DNA of 64,000 nt from an uncultured Poribacteria bacterium (GCA_958296135.2 CATQHZ020000001.1:384001-448000), one strand, 5' to 3'. Shown: positions 18,717 to 30,051, counted from the stretch's first letter. A program made the numbers and translations. Notes: generated by a model not told the origin, from the sequence alone.

Positions 18717-19878
18717 CTTCTTCCTCCATGTGCGTATCCGTATTGTCAGCCGCTGGCGCATCTTCCTCGTCGGTTTGCGTTTCATCGGCTGCTTCGAGGG
18801 TTTCCTCTTCCAACTCGGTATTATCTGACGTTTCGTCCGCTTCGGGAGCATCTTCGTCTTCGTCTTCGTCTTCGTCCGCGTTATCAAGCGTCATGCCCAA
18901 GTAGAGTCCCATGCTGTCGAGCTGGTCCGTGATTTCCTTTAGTGAGGTTCTGCCGAAATTCTTATATTCCAGCATATCCTTCTCTTCTTTTGAAACCAGT
19001 TCGCGGATGGTTCTGATTCCGGCGGTTTTGAGGCAGTTTGCGGCTCTCACGGAGAGTTCCAGATCCGTGACCGGTTTGGAGAGGTGTCTATCTAGCCGCT
19101 GTCTCCATTCGTCAATTTCCGGTTCCTCCTCAACATACGACTCATCAAACTCGGTAAACAGCTGGAGTTGTTCGAGCAAGATTTCAGAGGCACGCGTTAC
19201 CGCCTCCTTAGGCGTAATGCTTGCATCTGTCCAGACTTCTAGGTTGAGCCGGTCAAAGTTCGTCATATCCCCGACACGGGTTTCGTCAACCCAGAAATTG
19301 ACTTTCTCAACAGGCGAGAACTTCGCGTCAACCGGAATGAACCCGATGGCGTGTTTTGCGGGTTGGTGCTCCTCTGCGAGGGAGTAGCCGCGCCCGGTCT
19401 GGACACGAATCCTCATCTCCACCCCGTCGCATTTGTCAAGCGTCGCGATATGCTGGTCCGGATTGATAATCTCAACGAGGGCATTCGGACGGATATCCGC
19501 TGCCGTTAACTCACCCGAGCCCTCGGCAGTCAGCAGCAACGTCATCAATTCATCTGTCTCCAGTCGGAACCGAAGTTCTTTGAGATTGAGGATGATCTGA
19601 ACGACATCTTCCTTCACACCGGGAATGGTGGCGTATTCGTGTGGCACGGACCGGACGACTTTTTCCCCATCCTCTTCCTTCGACACCTGGTCGATCTGGA
19701 CAGCAGTGATAGCGGCTCCTTTAATTGAAGAAAGGAGGACTCGGCGGAGCGAATTGCCGAGGGTAGTTCCAAATCCGCGCTCAAAAGGTTCAGCCGTATA
19801 CTTTGCATAATTCGGCCGTAAGGACTCTGTGTCCGTTAGCAGCCGCTCCGGTATCGTTAGCTCGGACCTTATCATCAA
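18706..19878 (-). CDS. rpoA: RNA polymerase alpha subunit
   Basis: [31 protein letters not shown] and KNFGRTSL motifs; acidic tail. Confidence 0.97.
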   Translation of the reverse strand: MMIRSELTIPERLLTDTESLRPNYAKYTAEPFERGFGTTLGNSLRRVLLSSIKGAAITAVQIDQVSKEEDGEKVVRSVPHEYATIPGVKEDVVQIILNLKELRFRLETDELMTLLLTAEGSGELTAADIRPNALVEIINPDQHIATLDKCDGVEMRIRVQTGRGYSLAEEHQPAKHAIGFIPVDAKFSPVEKVNFWVDETRVGDMTNFDRLNLEVWTDASITPKEAVTRASEILLEQLQLFTEFDESYVEEEPEIDEWRQRLDRHLSKPVTDLELSVRAANCLKTAGIRTIRELVSKEEKDMLEYKNFGRTSLKEITDQLDSMGLYLGMTLDNADEDEDEDEDAPEADETSDNTELEEETLEAADETQTDEEDAPAADNTDTHMEEEDAS

Positions 19879-19995
19879 TTTCCTCCTATAGAAGTGGGGT
19901 GGTTGTGTGGCCCGAAGGGAGTATCAGTCTGCCGCGGTTACATCGAGACATACGCGGCTCGCGCGCCGGGACTCCCCTTGGGCCAGACAGAAAAA

Positions 19996-20628
19996 CTATC
20001 TGGAGTAAAGCTCAATGATGAGCTGTGTTTCAAGCTCCATTGCAATCTGCTCGACGATGGGGGCACCCTGCACGCGGCCTTGGGCTTTATCGGTGTCAAT
20101 GTCCAGCCATTCAGGCGCGCCGCGTTGCTTCGCGTAATCCAACGCCTCCTGAATCGTGGCGAGGTTGCGGCTCCGCTCGCGCGGCGCGATAACATCGCCT
20201 ACCTGCACGATGTAGGATGGAATATTCACCCGCTTGCCGTTGACAGTGAAGTGGTTGTGCTTCACCAACTGGCGTGCCTGTTTGCGGGATGTTGCAAACC
20301 CGAGCCGGTAGACAACATTATCCAAACGGCGTTCCAGGAGACTAATCAAATTCTCGCCAGTGATACCGGTTTGGCGCGCGGCTTTGAAGTAATAGTTGCG
20401 AAACTGCTTCTCGAAAATGCCATAGGTGCGCTTCGCCTTCTGCTTCGCGCGCAATTGCCGCCGAAAATCACCCCGAACGCGACTCGGGGGTTTTTGCCCA
20501 TGCTCGCCCGGCGGGTAACTGCGACGCTCAAAGGCACATTTCGGACCGTTGCAACGGTGCCCCTTTAAAAAGAGCTTCTCGCCCTCCCGCCGACATAATT
20601 TACAGACAGAGTCTAAATATCTACTCAT
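19996..20628 (-). CDS. rpsD: 30S ribosomal protein S4
   Basis: CKLCRREG and LERRLDNVVYRLGFA motifs. Confidence 0.97.
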   Translation of the reverse strand: MSRYLDSVCKLCRREGEKLFLKGHRCNGPKCAFERRSYPPGEHGQKPPSRVRGDFRRQLRAKQKAKRTYGIFEKQFRNYYFKAARQTGITGENLISLLERRLDNVVYRLGFATSRKQARQLVKHNHFTVNGKRVNIPSYIVQVGDVIAPRERSRNLATIQEALDYAKQRGAPEWLDIDTDKAQGRVQGAPIVEQIAMELETQLIIELYSR

Positions 20629-20646
20629 TGCTTCCTCGTTTAAAGG

Positions 20647-21018
20647 TTAAACGCGTCGTCTCTTCGGCGGACGACAACCGTTGTGAGGGATAGGTGTCAC
20701 GTCCTTCATCGCGGTAATCTGAAGTCCCGCCTGCGCGAGTGCCCGGATGGAAGACTCGCGCCCAGAACCCGGGCCTTTGACTCGCACTTCGACGCGCTTC
20801 ATACCGTGGTCCATCGCTCTTCGGGCACAAGCCTCCGCCGTCTGCTGTGCAGCAAACGGGGTAGACTTCCGGGACCCTGTGAATGTCATGCCGGCATTCG
20901 CCCAAGCGACGGTGTTGCCGTTTAAGTCCGTGATCGTGATAATCGTGTTATTGAAGGTAGCCTGGATATGGGCGATACCCTCAGGCACGTTCTTGCGTTC
21001 TCTTCTTCTTCCACGCAA
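20647..21018 (-). CDS. rpsK: 30S ribosomal protein S11 (TTG start)
   Basis: [19 protein letters not shown] and [13 protein letters not shown] motifs; AAGGAG RBS. Confidence 0.96.
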   Translation of the reverse strand: MRGRRRERKNVPEGIAHIQATFNNTIITITDLNGNTVAWANAGMTFTGSRKSTPFAAQQTAEACARRAMDHGMKRVEVRVKGPGSGRESSIRALAQAGLQITAMKDVTPIPHNGCRPPKRRRV

Positions 21019-21338
21019 AACCGTTTCTCCTTTAAGATTAGGACTTGCGCAGGGCTCCTTCCGGAGGCGTGCTTTATACCAAACGACATCGATTTGTCTC
21101 GTCTCTGTAGGTGGAGATTCGCCCGCTCTTGACCCGCATGTAATAGAGGAAATAGAGCTGAGCTCTTCCCAGATTAGAGTTGGCATCGGGCGATTCCGAA
21201 CTATAGAGGTTAATTTGGTATTACGAAGCGCGCCTACTGGACAAGCACTAGGAAATTTGCGTAAGTCCTGAAGATGTCCTGCATGGCCCGCAGGGAAACG
21301 CAACCAGCGTTCCCTGCGGGCCACACAACAGCGCAAAA

Positions 21339-21734
21339 TTAGCCGCCCTTGCGTGCTGCCTCTTTCGCTTTTCTGCCGACGGAAATCGTGCGCGCCCTTC
21401 CTTTGCGCGTGCGCGCATTCGTATTGGTGCGCTGGCCGCGAACAGGTAACTGCCGGCGGTGCCGTAAGCCACGATAACTGTTCACATCCATCAGCCGCTT
21501 AATGTTCTGGTCTACCTCGCGGCGCAAGTCACCCTCGACTTTGTATTCTTGGGTGATTTTCGTCCGGAGTTGATTCACCTCGTTTTCCGCGAGGGTGTCA
21601 ACCTTCTTCGCCGGGTCGATCTCTAAATCGCTGACAATCTGCGATGCCGTGTAACGGCCAACGCCGTAAATCGCGGTGAGTGCGATATCCACCCGCTTGT
21701 TACGAGGTAAATCCACACCTGCAATCCTTGCCAT
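21339..21734 (-). CDS. rpsM: 30S ribosomal protein S13
   Basis: [10 protein letters not shown]...[17 protein letters not shown]. Confidence 0.97.
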   Translation of the reverse strand: MARIAGVDLPRNKRVDIALTAIYGVGRYTASQIVSDLEIDPAKKVDTLAENEVNQLRTKITQEYKVEGDLRREVDQNIKRLMDVNSYRGLRHRRQLPVRGQRTNTNARTRKGRARTISVGRKAKEAARKGG

Positions 21735-21758
21735 GGTTTTCCTCCTTGTGCTGCGGGA

Positions 21759-21875
21759 TTAACCCTGCCGTTGTTTGTGCCTCGGGTTGGAAGGACAAAT
21801 CACGCGGACAACCCCTTTGCGTTTAATGACTTTACACCGGTTACACATCTTCTTAACAGAAGGTCTGACTTTCAT
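21759..21875 (-). CDS. rpmJ: 50S ribosomal protein L36
   Basis: Hand translation [38 protein letters not shown] (below the ORF-track cutoff). Confidence 0.95.
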   Translation of the reverse strand: MKVRPSVKKMCNRCKVIKRKGVVRVICPSNPRHKQRQG

Positions 21876-22037
21876 GTTTTTCCTCCATGGGCCTGCCGCA
21901 GCAACGCGCCCTAGGTGCGCGGTTACAAACAGCGTCTACGAGAAGCCCTGTAGGGCAAGTTCGCCGGATTCTGACCTGTTTGCGCGCCGGCGAGCTCATC
22001 GCAAACGACAGCATCGGGACATCTAAATGTCTCTGAT

Positions 22038-23369
22038 TCACCGTCGTCGGCCTTTGAGTTTCCGATCTTTCAGGAACCCTTCATAGTGGCGCATCGTTAA
22101 GTAGGATTCGATCTGCGACATCGTATCCAACACCACGCCGACAACAATCAAGACAGAAGCACCTTCCACCATGTTGCCGACACCCAAGCGGCTCGTGATG
22201 ATAATCGGAATCACGGAGATGGCCGCGAGGAACAACGCGCCGGGCAGCGTGATGCGCGTCAACGTCGTGTTGATATAGTCAGCCGTTTGCTTTCCCGGAC
22301 GGATGCCGGGGATAAATCCGCCATATTTCTGCAAATCTTCCGCCATCTGAATCGGGTTGATTTGCACCGCTGTGTAGAAGTAGGTGAACCCGATAATCAG
22401 CAACGCGTAAACGATGAGATATAAGGGTGAGCCCGCGCTAAAAAGCGCGTTCGCGCCCACTACCCAGCCCCAGTCGCGAGGCAGAAAGTTAAGGACGGTT
22501 GTCGGGAACTGAATCAGCGTTACGGCGAAAATAATCGGAATCATGCCCGCGGCGTTAACACGGAGCGGGAGGTGCGTCGTTTGCCCACCGAACACTCGGC
22601 GTCCACGAATCTGCCGCCCGTATTGCACCGGAATCTTACGGACAGAAAGCGTGATAAAGACAGTCCCCATCACAGCGATAATAACAAGCCCGACTAGTAG
22701 CACCAACTGCGGAATCCCGAAGCCCGGGTTTGTCAGCAAGTTGTTGAAAACAGTCGAGATGCCCCCCGGTAATCCTGCGATGATGCCGACGGTGATAATC
22801 AACGAAATGCCTTGGCCGATGCCGCGTTCGGTAATCTGTTCGCCGAGCCACATCACAAAAGAGGTGCCGGCTGTCAAGGTGAGGACTACCAGGAAGTGCC
22901 ACCAGAGAGTCGGGTTCGTCACTACCTGGCCTGCCTGCCCGGTGATTTGCTCCGGATTCCGCAAGACGATGCTAATCGTTATCCCCTGAATGATACTGAG
23001 GAGAACCGTTCCATAGCGGGTGTATTGCGTAATCTTCTTCCTGCCATCGGGTTCTTTGGAGAGTTTCTCCAAGGATGGCACGATGACAGCGAGGAGCTGC
23101 ATGATGATTGAGGCACTGATGTACGGCTGGATGCCGAGCGCGAAAATCGTCATCTGGCTGAAGGCACCGCCGGAGAACAGATCGATGAATCCGATGACGT
23201 TGCCGCCGCGTTCCATGAGTTGCCGGAAAAACGCCTCGAGTGCCTGGTCATCGATGCCGGGGAGCGTAATGTGGGCACCGAGGCGATAAATAATCAAGAA
23301 CAACGCCGTAAAAATGATGCGCTTCCGGAGTTCCGGAATCTTAAAAGCGTTTTGAAATGCCTTAATCAC
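22038..23369 (-). CDS. secY: Preprotein translocase SecY
   Basis: FALGIQPYISASII, WLGEQITERGIG and GGFIPGIRPG motifs. Confidence 0.98.
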   Translation of the reverse strand: MIKAFQNAFKIPELRKRIIFTALFLIIYRLGAHITLPGIDDQALEAFFRQLMERGGNVIGFIDLFSGGAFSQMTIFALGIQPYISASIIMQLLAVIVPSLEKLSKEPDGRKKITQYTRYGTVLLSIIQGITISIVLRNPEQITGQAGQVVTNPTLWWHFLVVLTLTAGTSFVMWLGEQITERGIGQGISLIITVGIIAGLPGGISTVFNNLLTNPGFGIPQLVLLVGLVIIAVMGTVFITLSVRKIPVQYGRQIRGRRVFGGQTTHLPLRVNAAGMIPIIFAVTLIQFPTTVLNFLPRDWGWVVGANALFSAGSPLYLIVYALLIIGFTYFYTAVQINPIQMAEDLQKYGGFIPGIRPGKQTADYINTTLTRITLPGALFLAAISVIPIIITSRLGVGNMVEGASVLIVVGVVLDTMSQIESYLTMRHYEGFLKDRKLKGRRR

Positions 23370-23816
23370 TTAAATCACCTCAGCAGTGCCGCCCTTGGCC
23401 TCGATTTTCTCAATTGCCGACTTTGAGAAGCGATGGGCTTGGACTTTCAGCTGTTTCTCCAGTTCGCCTTCTCCCAGTATCTTTATCCGCGCGTTTTTAC
23501 GTTTGACGATGCCCGCTTCACGCAGCGTGGCAGGGCTCACAACGGCCTCAGCCTCAAATAGATTAAGGGTTTGGACGTTGACAATGTCGTATTCAAACCG
23601 TTTATGGGCGGTTCGCCCCGGCCCGCGTTTGGGGAGCCGGCGCACCAGAGGCATCTGTCCCCCTTCAAACCATGCGGGGATTGAGCTGCCGGAACGGGAT
23701 TTTTGTCCCTTATGCCCGCGGCCGCAGGTACCGCCCCAGCCGGAGCCATTGCCTCGGCCAACTCGTTTTCGGGTTCGGGTTGCTCCGGGCGCGGGCTTAA
23801 GTTCATTCAATTTCAT
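23370..23816 (-). CDS. rplO: 50S ribosomal protein L15
   Basis: [19 protein letters not shown] and FEGGQMPL motifs. Confidence 0.97.
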   Translation of the reverse strand: MKLNELKPAPGATRTRKRVGRGNGSGWGGTCGRGHKGQKSRSGSSIPAWFEGGQMPLVRRLPKRGPGRTAHKRFEYDIVNVQTLNLFEAEAVVSPATLREAGIVKRKNARIKILGEGELEKQLKVQAHRFSKSAIEKIEAKGGTAEVI

Positions 23817-24035
23817 CAGGATTCACTCCATTCACAAGAAGCGTTTAACCAAATCACGCTAAACTATCCGGTGTCTTTATGGTGAGACCGGGAGAGCTCG
23901 AACTGATAACGCCTTTGTATGAACAAATTACGGTTAGAGGGCTTCTGAATCTGTGCGTGAGTTATTCCACTTTGAGGGGCTCTCACGTAACCACCGCAAA
24001 AGCCGCATCAAACTCGGTAGCGGCTCAAAAACCGG

Positions 24036-24548
24036 TTAACCTCTGTGCAGCAGTTCCTCCACAGTCTTGCCACGTAGCCGTGCCACTTCGTTCACATCCT
24101 TGAGGTTTTTCAGTCCAAGCATCGTGGCTTCAGCAATGTTTTTCACGTTCCGCGAGGAAAGGCACTTCGTCAGCGCGTCGCGAACGCCTGCAAATTCCAG
24201 GATAGCGCGCGTAGCGTGGCCGGCGATAATGCCGGTGCCGGGGCTCGCCGGTTTCAGCAAAACTTTGGCGGCTTTGAATTCGCTGATGATTTCGTGAGGG
24301 AGCGTGCCATCAACGAGTGGCACCCGGATCAGGTTTTTCCGCGCGTCAACGAGGCTTTTCTGGATAGCACCAGCCACCTCACTCGCGCTGCCAAACCCGA
24401 TACCCACGATACCGGCTCGATTTCCGACTACCGAGAGCGTATTGAAACTCGGTGTCCGCCGGCCCTTGCCGACACGCATGACTCGGTTGATTGAGATGGC
24501 ACGTTCCTCAAATTCAAATTCATCAGGGTTAATTTTATCTTTCAGCAA
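24036..24548 (-). CDS. rpsE: 30S ribosomal protein S5 (TTG start)
   Basis: INRV...VVGN and LKPASPGTGIIAG motifs; operon position. Confidence 0.95.
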   Translation of the reverse strand: MLKDKINPDEFEFEERAISINRVMRVGKGRRTPSFNTLSVVGNRAGIVGIGFGSASEVAGAIQKSLVDARKNLIRVPLVDGTLPHEIISEFKAAKVLLKPASPGTGIIAGHATRAILEFAGVRDALTKCLSSRNVKNIAEATMLGLKNLKDVNEVARLRGKTVEELLHRG

Positions 24549-24605
24549 AAAATTCTCCTTGAAGTCTGTCCCTGCTTCGGCGGGCACAACTGTTCGGCTG
24601 GGCGG

Positions 24606-24974
24606 CTAGAACTTAAGTCCCGCCGCCCTTGCGGCTTCGGCGAGTGCTTTGACGCGCCCGTGGTAGAGATGGCCGCCCCGGTCAAAGACAACTACCTCAA
24701 TCTCCCGCTGCTTGGCTTTCTCTGCGATTAGCGCGCCGACACGCTGCGCTGCATCCACATTTCCGCCGTTTGAAAGCGTCCCCTTCAACTCCGGCGACAA
24801 ACTAGATACTGCCACAAGCGTTTCACCAAGTTCGTCGTTAATGAGCTGCGCGTAGATATGTTTCAGGCTCCGAAAAACGGAGAGCCTCGGGCGTTGGCTG
24901 CTGCCGCTGACCTTCTGGCGGATGCGTTTTCGTCGCCTTGCATGACTTACGCGCTTCTTTTTCGTAGATTCCAT
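24606..24974 (-). CDS. rplR: 50S ribosomal protein L18
   Basis: RPRLSVFRS and [16 protein letters not shown] motifs. Confidence 0.96.
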   Translation of the reverse strand: MESTKKKRVSHARRRKRIRQKVSGSSQRPRLSVFRSLKHIYAQLINDELGETLVAVSSLSPELKGTLSNGGNVDAAQRVGALIAEKAKQREIEVVVFDRGGHLYHGRVKALAEAARAAGLKF

Positions 24975-24975
24975 A

Positions 24976-25542
24976 TTACGTCGCAGCCTTCCCTTCTCTA
25001 TCCCGCACGCGTTCGCCATCGTAGCGAATGCCCTTACACGGTTTGTAGATTTCAGGCTTCTTAATCTGGCGGATAGAAGCGGCTACCTGTCCGACGAGTT
25101 GCTTATCGATGCCACTCACCAGAACCGGCGTGTGCGCCTGCCCATCCACCGTCTCCGTCGGTTCAACGCTGAGCGTTATCCCCGCCGGCGGCGAATAGAA
25201 CACGGAATGCGAATACCCGACATCAAGAACCAGCTCTTTCTGGCGGTTGATTTCGGCACGGTAACCCGTGCCAACCACTCGGAGCTTTTTCTGAAAGCCA
25301 TCGGAAACTCCCGCCACCATATTGGCGATGAGGCTTCGGGCTAATCCGTGCAGAGCCTTGTCTTGTTTCTGATCACTCGTCCTTTGGACGGTTATAACGT
25401 TTGTCTCAAGCGTCACATCGATTCCGCGCGGCAGCCGCCAATCGAGGCTACCCTTCGGTCCTTCCACGTGCACATCGTCGTTGTTCAAAACCACCTGCAC
25501 TTTGTTCGGAATCGGGATCGGTTTTTGTCCAATACGTGACAT
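24976..25542 (-). CDS. rplF: 50S ribosomal protein L6
   Basis: [15 protein letters not shown] and [12 protein letters not shown] motifs. Confidence 0.96.
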   Translation of the reverse strand: MSRIGQKPIPIPNKVQVVLNNDDVHVEGPKGSLDWRLPRGIDVTLETNVITVQRTSDQKQDKALHGLARSLIANMVAGVSDGFQKKLRVVGTGYRAEINRQKELVLDVGYSHSVFYSPPAGITLSVEPTETVDGQAHTPVLVSGIDKQLVGQVAASIRQIKKPEIYKPCKGIRYDGERVRDREGKAAT

Positions 25543-25610
25543 GCGTTTTCTCCCAATTCAATCAGAGCCCAGGTCCCACGTTTGTGCGTGGAACCCAGCC
25601 CATGGCCGTT

Positions 25611-26012
25611 CTACCAGACATGGCAGAGGACTTCACCACCGATTTTGGCACTTCGGCACTGTGGTGACGTTTTCAACCCCTGCGACGTTGACAGAATAGC
25701 CACGCCGAGGTCACCGTAAACCCGCGGCAAATTACCGGCCTTGACGTAGACACGCCGGCCCGGTTTGCTAATCCGCTTGAGGTTCGTGATAACCTTCTCT
25801 TTTTTCGTATTACCGTATTTCAAGTAGATTCTTAAAATCCCTTGTTTTCCGTCATCAATTAAACGATAATTGTTGACGAAACCTTCTTCAGACAAGACGC
25901 GGGCAATCTCCGCCTTGACTTTCGAGGAAGGGATTTCAACGCGTTCATGCCCAGCCATATTGGCATTGCGGACACGAGTTAACATATCTGCAATCGGATC
26001 GGTCATCGACAT
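25611..26012 (-). CDS. rpsH: 30S ribosomal protein S8
   Basis: [14 protein letters not shown] and SKPGRRVY motifs. Confidence 0.97.
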   Translation of the reverse strand: MSMTDPIADMLTRVRNANMAGHERVEIPSSKVKAEIARVLSEEGFVNNYRLIDDGKQGILRIYLKYGNTKKEKVITNLKRISKPGRRVYVKAGNLPRVYGDLGVAILSTSQGLKTSPQCRSAKIGGEVLCHVW

Positions 26013-26222
26013 GAAAGATTCTCCTTATTTCGTTGAGCCAAGCCCCATCGCGATGTCTGCGTGCCGCTTTCGTCGCCGAAAGGGACTGTAGCGGTGCATC
26101 TTCTGTCCAGCGGCATTGAGTTGTTCCATATCTGTGGTTTGAGCTCGCCTGAGCTCAAACAGAGCATAATCAGGTGCCCTGCACTACAGAAGGGGCGTCG
26201 CGATGCGCGCTGTCGCTCTTTT

Positions 26223-26408
26223 CTACCAGCTCGCTTTTCGGACACCGGGGATTTTTCCGGCGCGGGCATTCTGGCGAAAACAGATACGACACATCTCAAA
26301 CTTCCGCAGGTAACCGCGGGCTCTGCCGCAAATTTTGCAGCGGCTGTAGGCTCGCGTGCTAAACCGCGGCGTTCTTTTCTGCCTGGCAATCCAAGATTTG
26401 CTTGCCAA
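26223..26408 (-). CDS. rpsN: 30S ribosomal protein S14, zinc-binding type
   Basis: RCKICGR...MCRICFR...PGVRKASW. Confidence 0.96.
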   Translation of the reverse strand: MASKSWIARQKRTPRFSTRAYSRCKICGRARGYLRKFEMCRICFRQNARAGKIPGVRKASW

Positions 26409-26427
26409 TTCAGGTACTCCTTTTCAG

Positions 26428-26967
26428 TTAGCGTCGGAACGGCATGCCTAGCAAGCGTAGCAACTCGCGCCCTTCTTCATCGGTTGGGGCGGTGGTAACG
26501 ACGGTTACATTCAAGCCGCGAATATCATTCACCCGGTCGTAATCGATTTCCGGGAAGATTAGCTGTTCAGTTAAGCCGAGGGAGTAGTTCCCGCGCCCGT
26601 CGAAAGAGTCAGGCGAGACACCGCGGAAGTCCCGAATCTGCGGCAGCACGACGTTGACAAGCCGGTTGAAAAACTCATACATCCGCTGCTGTCTTAAGGT
26701 GACTTTGCATCCGATCGCCATGCCTTCTCTGACTTTAAAGGCCGAGACGGACTTTTTGGCGTGCGTGATGACTGCGCGCTGTCCGGCAATCAGTGTCAGT
26801 TCTTCGACTGCCTCTTCCAAGGCCTTCGGGTTCTGAATCGCCTCGCCGACACCGATATTCAGCGTAATTTTGTCCAGTTTTGGAATCCGCATCACGTTTT
26901 TGTAGTCAAAATGCTTTTGCAATGCGGGGACAACGTCCGTCTGATAAAATGCTTTAAATGGGCTCAT
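26428..26967 (-). CDS. rplE: 50S ribosomal protein L5
   Basis: LPQIRDFRG and [10 protein letters not shown] motifs. Confidence 0.96.
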   Translation of the reverse strand: MSPFKAFYQTDVVPALQKHFDYKNVMRIPKLDKITLNIGVGEAIQNPKALEEAVEELTLIAGQRAVITHAKKSVSAFKVREGMAIGCKVTLRQQRMYEFFNRLVNVVLPQIRDFRGVSPDSFDGRGNYSLGLTEQLIFPEIDYDRVNDIRGLNVTVVTTAPTDEEGRELLRLLGMPFRR

Positions 26968-27096
26968 CAGCCTTGTATCCTCTACGTTCCACTGTCGGGT
27001 TGAAGTGGCGGGAATCGAGACAAGCATCTGCACTGAGATGTGCCCTATCGGGCAACTGCCTCCGAAACGCCACAATGCTGGCTCTCCTTAGAGAGC

Positions 27097-27330
27097 CTAA
27101 CTTTCAACCCGCTTGAGGTTAGAAACATGAATGGTGCCTTCGCGTTCCACCACGCCGCCCTGCCCTGTTTGGCTGGGCCGGAGGTGACGCTTGATCATGT
27201 GGACTCCCTCAACGATGGCTCGGTTTTTCTCTGGAAACACTTCCAAAACCACGCCGCGTTCGCCTCTATTTTTGCCGCTGAGAACGAGCACCATATCATC
27301 TTTCTTGATATGCAGCTTTCTCTGTGCCAC
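27097..27330 (-). CDS. rplX: 50S ribosomal protein L24 (short)
   Basis: KOW motif IKKDDMVLVLSGKNRG and EGTIHVSN. Confidence 0.93.
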   Translation of the reverse strand: MAQRKLHIKKDDMVLVLSGKNRGERGVVLEVFPEKNRAIVEGVHMIKRHLRPSQTGQGGVVEREGTIHVSNLKRVES

Positions 27331-27340
27331 AATTATCCTC

Positions 27341-27709
27341 CTAAATCACTTCGGGAGCGAGTGAGACGATTCGGGTGAACGCTTTTTCTCTCAGTTCGCG
27401 CGCGACCGGTCCGAAAATTCGGGTGCCGCGCGGTTGGTTCTGCGCATCGATGAGCACAGCGGCGTTCTGATCGAATTTGATGTAGGAACCGTCTGCGCGT
27501 CGATATTCTTTGACGGTGCGCACCACCACGGCCCGGACGACTTCGCCCGCCTTCACCTGCGTATTGGGTGTTGCTTCTTTGATGCTCGCGACAATCACGT
27601 CACCGACGCGTGCGTAGTGCCGGCGTGTGCCGCCGAGCACGCTGATGCACATCAGTTGTCTGGCTCCCGTGTTATCCGCGCAGGTTAATCGAGTGTATGA
27701 TTGAACCAT
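27341..27709 (-). CDS. rplN: 50S ribosomal protein L14
   Basis: ADNTGA and [13 protein letters not shown] motifs. Confidence 0.97.
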   Translation of the reverse strand: MVQSYTRLTCADNTGARQLMCISVLGGTRRHYARVGDVIVASIKEATPNTQVKAGEVVRAVVVRTVKEYRRADGSYIKFDQNAAVLIDAQNQPRGTRIFGPVARELREKAFTRIVSLAPEVI

Positions 27710-27781
27710 GTTCGTTTTTTTCGTCACTGCACTGGAGAGAGCGGCCTCTCAGCTGGCAGCACGAAAACCCTTTCTTCGCAA

Positions 27782-28057
27782 TTAATCGCTCGCGGGTTGC
27801 ACTGTGTTGACTACGGCCTGAACCCGCCACCGTTTCTGCCGACTCAGCGGCCGGGTTTCAATAACCTGCACCACGTCACCGACGTTACAACTATTCTGCT
27901 CATCGTGAGCCAGAATCTTCTTCGTCTTTCGCACCACCTTCTTGTAAAGGGGATGTTGATACCTCCGGACCAGGGCTACTGCAACCGTCTTATCCATGCT
28001 GTTGCTCATGACACGGCCCGTGCGGACTTTGCGATGTCTACGCCTTTCCTCGTTCAA
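27782..28057 (-). CDS. rpsQ: 30S ribosomal protein S17
   Basis: MDKTV, HPLYKK and ETRPLS motifs. Confidence 0.96.
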   Translation of the reverse strand: MNEERRRHRKVRTGRVMSNSMDKTVAVALVRRYQHPLYKKVVRKTKKILAHDEQNSCNVGDVVQVIETRPLSRQKRWRVQAVVNTVQPASD

Positions 28058-28059
28058 CG

Positions 28060-28269
28060 CTATTCTCCCTGCCTTTCAAGCCCCGAGGCCCGTGCACGCA
28101 GGACAGTTTCCACGCGTGCAATATCCTTGCGGATTTTACCGACGCGAGTCGTGTCCTCTAGCTGCCCTAAGATACCGCGGAATCGCTGGTTGAACAGATT
28201 CTCTTTGAGCGATATCAGTTCACTTTGCAATTCCTCAGTCGTCTTGTTTCGTAGTTCAGCCGCTTTCAT
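28060..28269 (-). CDS. rpmC: 50S ribosomal protein L29
   Basis: MKAAELR...LFNQRF...IRKDIARV. Confidence 0.95.
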   Translation of the reverse strand: MKAAELRNKTTEELQSELISLKENLFNQRFRGILGQLEDTTRVGKIRKDIARVETVLRARASGLERQGE

Positions 28270-28322
28270 CTCTTCCTCCAGAGCGAACAAGCCGCGCGGC
28301 TTGTCCGCGACGCAACCTTCGT

Positions 28323-28736
28323 CTATGCATCCCGCGCAACGAATTTGGTCTTGATAGGCAATTTGTGGGCGGCACGTTCCATCGCCCCTTTTGCATCCTC
28401 AAGCGAAACGCCGCTCAATTCATACAGGATTCTGCCCGGTTTGACGACAGCCACCCAGAATTCCGGTGGGCCCTTCCGCCCACCGCCCATGCGCGTTTCT
28501 GCAGGTTTCTTGCTGACAGGCTTATGCGGGAAAATTTTAATCCAAACTTTACCGCCACGCCGAACATACCGGGTAATCGCTACCCGTGCAGACTCGATTT
28601 GGTTGCTCGTTATCCAGCCAGCTTCCATCGCTTGCAAGCCGTATTCGCCGAAGCTAATCTTTGAACCCCGAACGGGTTTGCCACGACGTTTGCCGCGGTG
28701 CACATTGCGGTGCATCACACGTTTCGGCATTAACAT
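28323..28736 (-). CDS. rplP: 50S ribosomal protein L16
   Basis: [20 protein letters not shown] and KLPIKT motifs. Confidence 0.96.
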   Translation of the reverse strand: MLMPKRVMHRNVHRGKRRGKPVRGSKISFGEYGLQAMEAGWITSNQIESARVAITRYVRRGGKVWIKIFPHKPVSKKPAETRMGGGRKGPPEFWVAVVKPGRILYELSGVSLEDAKGAMERAAHKLPIKTKFVARDA

Positions 28737-28782
28737 CTTGAATCACTCCTTTTCGCTCTTAACCGGGCGAGCCCCGTTGAAG

Positions 28783-29595
28783 TTATCCGCGCTCAGCCCG
28801 GTTCCGGTTGCGACGTGAGCGTCTGCGTCCACCACGTCCGCGTCCGCGTCCGCCCGATTCTCGGGAACGCTGCGCCTGAGTGGACTGCGGTGCGGCGCGG
28901 CGCGCACCAGCGTTTTCACGCTGCCCTGCCTGGCGGCGCGTAGGCACCTCGCCCTTCAATTTGTCTGGCACGCCGATAATCTCGCCCTTGAAAATCCAGG
29001 TTTTGACACCGATCTTCCCGTAAGTGGTATTCGCCTCGGCAAAGCCGTAGTCCACATCGGCTCTGAGCGTGTGGAGTGGCACGCGCCCCTCAATGCTGGA
29101 CTCAGTGCGTGCTATCTCGTTCCCATCCAGTCTCCCACTCACCATGATTTTAACGCCCAAGGCACCTTCCTGCATCGAAACCTGAATGTTCCGGCGCATT
29201 ACCTGCTTAAAACGGGCGCGGCGTTCCAGTTGTGTCGCGACTGCCTCGGAGACGAGTTGCGCATCCAACTCCGGCTGTTTTATCTCGGAAACGTTAATCC
29301 GAACCGGACGGCCGACGTGCCGTTCCAATTGCGCTTGGAGCTTCTCTGCCTCCACCCCGCGGCGGCCGATGACAATGCCCGGCCGGGCAGTATGGATGTT
29401 GATACTACACCGGTCGGCGACGCGTTCAACTTCAACGCGCGAGATACCGGCACGCGCCATTTCCTTTTTGACGAACTCCTGAATCTGAAAATCCTCATGG
29501 AGCCATCGCGCGTAATCCCGCTCGCTATACCACTTTGAATCCCACGTCTCAATGATTCCTAAGCGTAATCCACGCGGGTGAGTTTTTTGTCCCAC
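28783..29595 (-). CDS. rpsC: 30S ribosomal protein S3
   Basis: MGQKTHP, RPGIVIG and GRVPLHTLRADVDY motifs; Arg/Gly-rich tail. Confidence 0.97.
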   Translation of the reverse strand: MGQKTHPRGLRLGIIETWDSKWYSERDYARWLHEDFQIQEFVKKEMARAGISRVEVERVADRCSINIHTARPGIVIGRRGVEAEKLQAQLERHVGRPVRINVSEIKQPELDAQLVSEAVATQLERRARFKQVMRRNIQVSMQEGALGVKIMVSGRLDGNEIARTESSIEGRVPLHTLRADVDYGFAEANTTYGKIGVKTWIFKGEIIGVPDKLKGEVPTRRQAGQRENAGARRAAPQSTQAQRSRESGGRGRGRGGRRRSRRNRNRAERG

Positions 29596-29697
29596 GCAAA
29601 CCTCCTGTCAGACATGTGTCCCGCTCGCGTGAAGAGGTGGAGGTGGAGGGGGCCGGCGTGTATCGGCGCAAAGCCGGGCGCGAGGCTGCGCGCTCCC

Positions 29698-30051
29698 TTA
29701 CTCACCATCCTCGGTGCTCTCCTCATCCACGATGACGGTGATATGGCTGTGCCGTTTTAAAATCCGGTTCGCCATACCCCGTGCCCGGGGACGTATCCAT
29801 TTCCGCGTCACACCCTCGTCAACGCGAATCGCCTTGACGTATAAATCTGATATGTCCACACTCGGATCCTTATACTGCGCATTGGCAGAAGCCGATTGGA
29901 TCAGTTTATAGATGATGGGTGATGCCGCTTTATGCGTAAAGCGTAATTGACTCAACGCATCCTCAACGTACTGATTGCGGACAAGATCGGCTACAAGGCG
30001 GGCTTTCCGCGGTGCAACCGACGCATTCCGAATCCTAGCTCTGGCTTCCAT
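29698..30051 (-). CDS. rplV: 50S ribosomal protein L22
   Basis: PRKARLVADLVR and PRARG...SHITV motifs. Confidence 0.95.
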   Translation of the reverse strand: MEARARIRNASVAPRKARLVADLVRNQYVEDALSQLRFTHKAASPIIYKLIQSASANAQYKDPSVDISDLYVKAIRVDEGVTRKWIRPRARGMANRILKRHSHITVIVDEESTEDGE

